Shown here piece after piece: positions 57,378-64,000 of a DNA stretch of 64,000 nt. A program made the translations under genes and the position numbers. The DNA is taken from the NCBI GenBank assembly GCA_963776245.1, contig CAVZLN010000007.1:55134-119133 (forward strand), given 5' to 3'. This DNA is from Candidatus Eiseniibacteriota bacterium (GTDB lineage Bacteria > Eisenbacteria > RBG-16-71-46). Every line of letters begins with the position of its first letter. Within the stretch, counting starts at the first letter, position 1. Under the pieces are notes generated by a model, which ran no database searches, was not told the DNA's origin, and saw only the letters and a program-made list of their open reading frames with translations.

Positions 57378-58938
57378 TCACTTCGCGTAGTCCACGGCGC
57401 GCGTCTCGCGGATCACCGTGACGCGGATCTGGCCGGGGTACTCGAGCTCCTTCTCGATCCGGCGCGCGATCTCGCCCGCCAGCGCCTGGGCGCGTGCGTC
57501 GTCCACCTTGTGGTGCTCGACCATGATGCGCACCTCGCGGCCGGCCTGGATGGCGTAGGACTTCTCCACGCCCGGGAAGGTGTTCGCGATCTTCTCGAGC
57601 GACTCGAGCCGCTTGATGTAGATCTCGAGGCTCTCGCGCCGCGCGCCGGGGCGCGCGCCCGAGATGGCGTCGGCGGCCGCGATCAGCACCGGCCACAGGC
57701 TGCCGCCGGCGTAGTCGTCGTGGTGGTAGCCGATGGCGTCGAGCACCGGCTGCGGCTCGCCGTAGCGCGCCGCGACCTCCATGCCCGAGCGCCGGGTGCG
57801 TGCCCTCGTGGTCGTGGTCGATGGCCTTGCCGATGTCGTGCATGAGCCCGCCGCGCTTGGCCAGCTTCTGGTCGATGCCGAGCTCGGCGGCCATCATGCC
57901 GGCGAGGTGCGCGACCTCGATCGAGTGGCGCAGGATGTTCTGGCCGTAGGAGGTGCGGTACTGGAGCCGGCCGAGCAGCTGCATGAGCTCGGGGTGCACG
58001 CCGTGCACGCCGACCTCGAGGCAGGCCATCTCGCCCAGCTCGCGGATCTTGGCCTCGACCTCCTCCTTGACCTTCGCGACGACCTCCTCGATGCGCGCCG
58101 GGTGGATGCGGCCGTCGGCGACGAGCCGCTCGAGCGCCAGGCGCGCGATCTCGCGGCGCACCGGGTCGAAGCCCGAGAGGATCACCGCCTCGGGCGTGTC
58201 GTCGATGATCACGTCGACGCCGGTGATGACCTCGAACGAGCGGATGTTGCGGCCCTCGCGGCCGATGATGCGGCCCTTCATGTCGTCGCTCGGCAGGTGC
58301 ACCACCGACACGCTCGACTCGGAGACGTGGTCGCCGGCGTAGCGCTGGATCGCGAGCGCGATGATCTTGCGCGCCTCGCGCTCGGCGTTGCGCTGGGCGG
58401 TCTCGCGGATCTCGACGACGCGCCGCGCGGCCTCGGCGCGGGCCTCGCTCTCGATGGTCGCGATGAGCTGCTGGCGCGCCTCCTCGGCCGACAGGCCGGC
58501 GATGCGCTCGAGCCGCGCGGTCTGCTCGCGATCAGCTTGTCGAGCTCGTGGCCGCGCCGTGGACCGCGGCCTCGCGCTGCGCCGATGTCCGCTCCGACGC
58601 TCTTGAGGTCGCGCTCCTTCTTGTCGATCAGCTCGACGCGGCGGTTGAACGCGGCCTCCTTCTGCTGGAAGGCGCGCTCGGCCTCGAGCTGGGCGTTGCG
58701 GGCCGCGAGGATCTCGCGCTCGACCTCCTGCTTGAGGTGGAGCGCTTCCTCGCGCGCCCTCCAGCAGGGCGTCGCGCTTGAGGTGTCGGCCTCGCGGTCG
58801 GCCTGCTCGAGGATCGCCTGCGCGCGGCGCTCGGCGCTGTCGAGCCGGGCCTGGCCGAGCGCGAGCGCAGGAACCAACCGAGGAAGAACGACACGACGGC
58901 ACCGACCGCGATGCCGACGATCCATTGCCATTGGCCAT
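57378..58938 (-). CDS. rny: ribonuclease Y (several frameshifts)
   Basis: N-terminal TM and coiled coil; [69 protein letters not shown]. Confidence 0.93.
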
Positions 58939-58997
58939 CGGAATACCCCCGGGCCCCGGGCGGCGTCGCCGCCGCCCCGGTCCCCAGGCGGGAAGGA

Positions 58998-59177
58998 TCC
59001 CCGCCGGATTGCCGTGTGCGTCGCGTTCTTGAGACCTGGCGAGCCAGGTGGGCGGTCCTTACGACCGGGTCGGCCCTCCGGATCCCTCGCGGGACCCGGT
59101 GCGGCGTCGCCGGCACCGGACACCCTTTGAGTTTCTGTTGGTTCAAGAACTCTATGCATCACGAGCACGGCAGGGAA
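58998..59177 (-). ncRNA. ssrS: 6S RNA
   Basis: ~180-nt rod: CCCTGCCGTG...GTTCTTGAACC pairs with CCCACCTG..CAGGTCTCAAGAAC...CACGGCA..GGGG; canonical zapA-ssrS-rny position. Confidence 0.82.
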
Positions 59178-59206
59178 ATCGCTGCGAGGCCGGGCGCCCA
59201 CCCGGA

Positions 59207-59512
59207 TCAGCGCCGTCGAACCGTCCTGCTGGAGCACGTCGTCGAGCACGGCGTTGAGGCGCGCCGCCTGGAGGTTCAGGTCGCGGTCGTGGACTCGCGG
59301 CACGCGCGCTCCTTGAACAGTTCATCGGCGATGTTGAGCGAGGCGAGGATCGCCACCTTGGACAGCGACGCCACCGGGAGCTTCTCGGTGATCTCCCGCA
59401 TCTTGCGGTCCACGTAGCCGGCGACGCCGAGGATGTACTCCTGGTCGGCTTCGCCGCGGATGGAAAGTGATGCCCGAGGATCTGGACCTGAACGACGTTC
59501 TTGCGCGTCCAT
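59207..59512 (-). CDS. zapA: cell division protein ZapA (frameshifted; 3' end approximate)
   Basis: VQVQILG, YI..VA.YVDRKMREI, KVAILASLNIADELF. Confidence 0.85.
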
Positions 59513-59617
59513 GGTGACCCCGCTTCGCCGCGTTTCCCCTGCGTTGTCGATGCCAGCGTCACATTCCGCCGGCCGCGCCGCAGCCCCGAGGGCGGCCGCC
59601 GCGGCCGGGCCGGGCTA

Positions 59618-59921
59618 TCACCCCTCGATCCGCTCGAGCTTCTTGACGCAGGGTCTCGATCCGCGTGGCCACCTCCTTGCGCTCGCTGTGCCACTCGCGC
59701 TGCTCCTTGTGGAGCGCGGCGACCTCCTGCACGAGCGCCGTCGCGTCGTGACCCTGGAGCTGGGTCTCGAGCAGATGGTGCTTCGCCGCCAGTTCGTCGC
59801 GCTCTCGGCCCCGCGCGGTCGCGCTCGTCGCGCAGCTCCTGGACGATCGCTGCGGCCTTCTCGACGCGCTCGGCGAGGCGGTCGAGGTCGGTGCGTCACG
59901 ACGGCGGTGGTTCTCGGTCAT
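59618..59921 (-). CDS. zapB: ZapB-like coiled-coil protein (frameshifted)
   Basis: LDRLAERVEKAAAIVQELR...ER.E...RIE.L.KKLE across frames; lies between pheT and zapA. Confidence 0.55.
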
Positions 59922-62349
59922 CGCTCTCTCAGTCGACCGCCGCAGTCCTTCTCGACGGCCGCACCATGCGAGCCTGGATGTCCTGGACCTCGGCCTCCGT
60001 GAGCGTGCGCTCCGGATGCTGGAACTGCAGCGCGAACGCCAGGCTCTTCATGCCCTGCGGAGTGCCGGGGCCATCGTACACGTCGAACAGTTCCAGCGAG
60101 CGCAGCGCTCGCCCGCCGCCGCGGCGAGCGCGCGATGCACCTCGCGTGCGTCGCGGTCTCGCGGGACGAAGAACGCGAGATCGCGACGCACCGGCGGGAA
60201 ACGCGCCCGGGAGCGTGACGCCGGACCGGTCTCGCCGCGGCGGGCGACCAGCGGATCGAGCAGCGCCACGAAGAGTGGACCGGGACCTCGATCTCCCACT
60301 CGCGGAGCAGCGGCTGGCCCAGCGTCCCGGCCCATGCGATGCGTGAAGTACCGACCGCAACTTCCGCACTGGCACCGGGTTTCCAACCGGCCGCAGGATA
60401 GGCTCGCCATTCCGGCATGTCAACGCCCATCTCGTCGAGCCAGGCCTCCCAGAGCCCCTTGGCGTCGATCGAGAGTCCACCGCCTGCTGCGACGGCGTCG
60501 TGCGCGTGCGCGCAAGCGCGCGCCGGTCACGACGCGCGACGAGCATCAGGCGCTCCTCGGGCAGCCCCTCGCCCGCCGTCGCGGAAGCCCGCGCCGACCT
60601 CGAACAGCCGCACCGCGGGCGCGCCCTGCCGCAGGTTGTGCGCGCACGCGCGCAGCAGTCCCGGCACCAGGTTGGGACGCAGCACCTCGCTCTCGCGGCT
60701 CATCGGGTTGGCGAGCCGCACCAGCGCCGCGGGGCCTCGCCGGGAGCGCGGCGGCACGCGAGCGCCTCGCGCTCGGAGACCAGCGAGGCGGTCCACGCCT
60801 CGCTGAGGCCCCGCGCCAGCATCGCCTCGCGCGCCCGCTCGCACGGTGCGCTCGCGCGGCGTGCGCGCGGGCGTACACGCCCGTGCGTCTCGAGCGGCGC
60901 CTCGGGGATGCGGTCGTAGCCGTGCGCGCGCGCCACCTCCTCGACCAGGTCGTCCTCGAGCGTGACGTCGAGCCGCCACGACGGCACCGTGACCCGCAGC
61001 GGGTCGCTCGCCTCGACCCCGAACTCGAGCGCCTCAGCAGGTGGCGCAGGGCCTGGGGAGCGGCGAGGCTCACGCCGACCAGCCGCGCGAAGCGCGACAT
61101 GCGCAGCGTGAGCGTGCGGCGCTTGCCGTCGAGGTGATTGCGCTCGCGCGCGGCGGCTCGAGCCGCGCATCCGGCATGAGCTCGCGCAGCAGCGCGAGGA
61201 AGCGCGCGGCCGCGGTGGAGGTGACGTCGGGATCCACGCCGCGCTCGTAGCGCTTGGAGGCCTCGGTGGTGAGGCCGAGCGCGCGCGCGCTCGCGGCGCA
61301 CGCGCTGCGGCTTGAACCAGGCGCACTCGAGCAGCAGGCGCTGGCGTGGCGGCGCTCACCTCGCTGTCGGCGCCGCCCATCACGCCGGCGACCGCGACCG
61401 GACGCTGGCGGTCGGCGATCACCAGCACCTCGGGAGTGAGCGCGCGCTCCTTGCCGTCGAGCGTGGTGAGGCGCTCGCCCTCGGCCGCGCGACGGACGCG
61501 GATCGCGGGGCCGGCGAGCCGGTCGAGGTCGAACGCGTGCACCGGCTGGCCGAACTCGAACAGCACCAGGTTGGTGAGGTCGACGACGTTGTTGATCGAG
61601 CGCTGACCCATGGCCTCGAGGCGGCGCACGATCCACGCCGGGGACGGACCGACCGTCACGCCCTCGACCGCCTGCGCGATGTAGCGCGGGCAGCCGTCGC
61701 TGTCCTCCAGCTCGAGGTCGAGGTCGGCGCGCCCGCTCCAGCGCGCCTTGAGGCGCGCGGAGGCGGCCGGGGTCCAACGGCCGCCGAGCGCGGCCTTGAC
61801 CTCGCGCGCCAGTCCCACCACGCCGAGACCATCGGGGCGGTTGAACGGCACCTCGATCTCGAGCAGGGTGTCGGGCGGGCCGAACAGGTCGTCCAGCGCG
61901 CCGCCGATGACCAGCCCCGCCTCGCCCCCGCGCAGCGCGGCCAGGTCCACGATCCCGCTGTGGTCGTCGGAGAGCGCGAGCTCGTCGGCCGAGCACAGCA
62001 TGCCCTGGCTCTCCTCGCCGCGGATCTTCGACTTCTTGATGGTGAGGCCGTTGGGGAGCTTCGCCCCCACCGTCGCCAGCGGCGCGATCATGCCGGCGCG
62101 CACGTTGGGGGCGCCGCACACCACGCGCAGCTCGCCCGCGCCGGAGTCCACGCGGCAGAGCGAGAGCTTGTCGGCGTTCGGATGCCGGGCGACGTCGAGC
62201 ACGCGCGCCACGACGACGCCGGGGTAGGCATGCCCGTGCGACTCGATGCCTTCGACGTAGAAGCCGCGCCGGGTCAGCGCGTCCGCCACCGCCTCGGGCG
62301 TGGCGTCCGTCTCGACCCAGTCACGCAGCCAGGAGATCGGGAGTCTCAT
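59918..62349 (-). CDS. pheT: phenylalanine--tRNA ligase beta subunit (many frameshifts at about 59960-61350)
   Basis: MRLPISWL, HPNADKL, VVCGAPNV, SQGMLCS..EL, NRPD, INNVVD.TN, VPSWR.DV..EDDLVEEVAR, NPMS, FPPVRRDLAF, LFDVY.G, KSLAF. Confidence 0.93.
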
Positions 62350-62385
62350 GCGCTCTCTCGTGGCGCGCGGCACCCGCGCGCCGGG

Positions 62386-63528
62386 TCAGAACTGATGCAG
62401 GAAGCGGAGGTCGTTCTCGAGGAACAGACGGATCTCGGGGACGCCGTAGCGCAGCATCGCGATGCGTTCGAGGCCCATGCCGAAGGCGAACCCGGTGACC
62501 TTCTCCGGATCGTAGCCGACCGCGCGGAAGACGTTCGGGTGCACCATGCCGGCGCCCAGCACCTCGAGCCAGCCGGAGCCCTTGCACACCACGCAGCGGC
62601 GCTCGCCCGCCGGGGTGCGCTGGCGGCCATCGCCGCCGCAGATCACGCACGAGACGTCCATCTGGCAGCCGGGCTCGACGAACGGGAAGTAGATCGGGAT
62701 CAGCCGCGTCTTCACGTGCGTGCCGTAGATGTGGCGCGCGAAGGTGTCGAGCGTGCTCTTGAGGTCGGCCATGGACACGTTCGAGTCGACGAACAGCCCG
62801 TCGATCTGGTGGAACTGGTCCATGTGGCTGGCATCCACCTGCTCGGCCCGGTAGACGCGCCCCGGGAACACCAGCCGCAGCGGCGGCTCCGCCCCTTCCA
62901 TCGCGCGCACCCAGCCGGGCGAGGTGTGGGTGCGCAGCACCACCTTCGGATCGACGAAGTAGGTGTCGTGCGCGTCGCGCGCCGGATGGTCGGGGGCGAA
63001 ATTGAGCTTGCCGAAGTTGTAGTCGTCCCACTCGACCTCGGGACTGGTGTAGACCGAGTAGCCGAGCCCGTGGAACAGGTCGAGCAGGTCGTCGCGCACC
63101 TGCGCGAGCACGTGCCGGTGCCCGACCCAGGGCCGCCGGCCGGGCAGCGTCACGTCGGGCGTGTCGCGCGTCTCGGAGGCGTGCTCGAGCGCGGACTTCC
63201 GCGCGGCCGCGACCTCCTCGAGGAGGCGCTTGGCGAGGTTCAGGCCCTTGCCGCGCCGCTTGCGCTCGTCGAGTGGGAGCGACGGCAGCTGGCCGAGCGC
63301 GAGCGTGAGCGCGCCGCGCTCGCGGCCGAGCACGGCGACCAGTCGCGCGGCGAGCTCCGTGCTGTCGGCGGCGCCGGCCAGGCGCTCGCTCCAGGCGAGC
63401 GCCGCGTGCGCGAGACCGTCGTCGGTCGCGCGCAGCACGGCCAGCCGCTCGTTCCAGTCCGCCAGCAGAGGCCCCGGGTCGGCCGTTCCCCACTGGGGCT
63501 CGAGGCCGCTGAGCAGCTCATCGGCCAT
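62386..63528 (-). CDS. pheS: phenylalanine--tRNA ligase alpha subunit
   Basis: DVTLPG, NF..LNF..DHPAR..HDT, LRTHTSP, PGRVYR, FHQIDG, YFPFVEP, GFAFGMGLERIAM. Confidence 0.95.
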   Translation of the reverse strand: MADELLSGLEPQWGTADPGPLLADWNERLAVLRATDDGLAHAALAWSERLAGAADSTELAARLVAVLGRERGALTLALGQLPSLPLDERKRRGKGLNLAKRLLEEVAAARKSALEHASETRDTPDVTLPGRRPWVGHRHVLAQVRDDLLDLFHGLGYSVYTSPEVEWDDYNFGKLNFAPDHPARDAHDTYFVDPKVVLRTHTSPGWVRAMEGAEPPLRLVFPGRVYRAEQVDASHMDQFHQIDGLFVDSNVSMADLKSTLDTFARHIYGTHVKTRLIPIYFPFVEPGCQMDVSCVICGGDGRQRTPAGERRCVVCKGSGWLEVLGAGMVHPNVFRAVGYDPEKVTGFAFGMGLERIAMLRYGVPEIRLFLENDLRFLHQF

Positions 63529-63532
63529 GGCG

Positions 63533-63889
63533 CTACACCACCGCCGACTTCGCCACCTCCGCGAGCTTCGCGAACGCACCCGCATCACGCACGGCGAGGT
63601 CGGCGAGCAGCTTGCGGTTGACGTCCACGTTGGCCCGCTTGAGGCCGGCGATGAGCGTGCTGTACGACAGCCCGTTGATGCGCGCGGCGGCGTTGATGCG
63701 GACGATCCAGAGGCGGCGGAAGTCCCGCTTCTTGAGGCGTCGGTGCTCGTACGCGAACTGCCCGGCGCGCTGCACGGTCTGCAGGGCGGTCTTGTAGAGC
63801 TTGCGGCGGCCGCTGAAGTTCCCCTTCGCGGCCTTCAGCACCTTCTTCCGTCGGGCGCGTCCGGGGACTACGGTCTTTGCGCGTGGCAT
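63533..63889 (-). CDS. rplT: 50S ribosomal protein L20
   Basis: MPRAK...[37 protein letters not shown]. Confidence 0.97.
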   Translation of the reverse strand: MPRAKTVVPGRARRKKVLKAAKGNFSGRRKLYKTALQTVQRAGQFAYEHRRLKKRDFRRLWIVRINAAARINGLSYSTLIAGLKRANVDVNRKLLADLAVRDAGAFAKLAEVAKSAVV

Positions 63890-63963
63890 CGGAATGGACC
63901 TCCATGCCCGGCGCGCCGATCAGTGCGGGCGCGTCGCGGGGCGAATGTTCGTCGGGTTCTGGG

Positions 63964-64000
63964 CTATCGCTTGCCGAGCATGCGCAGCACGCGGTCCTGG
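63964..64000 (-). CDS. rpmI: 50S ribosomal protein L35, 3' end only
   Basis: ...QDRVLRMLGKR-stop directly upstream of rplT, the canonical rpmI-rplT order. Confidence 0.6.
   Translation of the reverse strand, partial: QDRVLRMLGKR

Overview
High-GC bacterial chromosomal segment (gene content and the SecA insertions suggest an FCB-group diderm such as Ca. Eisenbacteria; this is inference). It is almost entirely core genes, with no IS, prophage or CRISPR seen. Left half, mostly + strand: csp, secA, smg, topA, xerC, Ig-like lipoprotein, dapFAB, peptidase/PD40/Omp85 protein, rpsT cluster (- strand), a tightly overlapping uvrC-xerD-OMP-beta-CASP nuclease-SNF2 helicase-Zn-ribbon partner run, TPR protein, GH57, sad (- strand) and a DinB-family gene. 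A dif-like Xer site at 29089-29116 marks the point where orientation flips, so this is probably the replication terminus. Right half, all - strand: leuS, holA, lptE, sigma54 two-component pair, wbpB/D/E-like sugar genes, GGDEF protein with a sigma54-type promoter, ubiE/menG, tRNA-Arg(CCG), trpEGDCFB without trpA, recN, nadK, dxs, DUF212, ispA, xseBA, an apparent YmdB-FolD fusion, rny, 6S RNA, zapA/zapB, pheTS, rplT, partial rpmI. Many core genes carry frameshifts (secA, trp genes, rny, zapAB, pheT), most likely sequencing or assembly indels. Best candidates for new biology are the Tudor-SNF2/Zn-ribbon/beta-CASP module linked to uvrC, the Cys/His-inserted GAF kinase within a possible sigma54/c-di-GMP circuit, and the YmdB-FolD fusion. 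All calls come from reading the sequence; no database searches were run.
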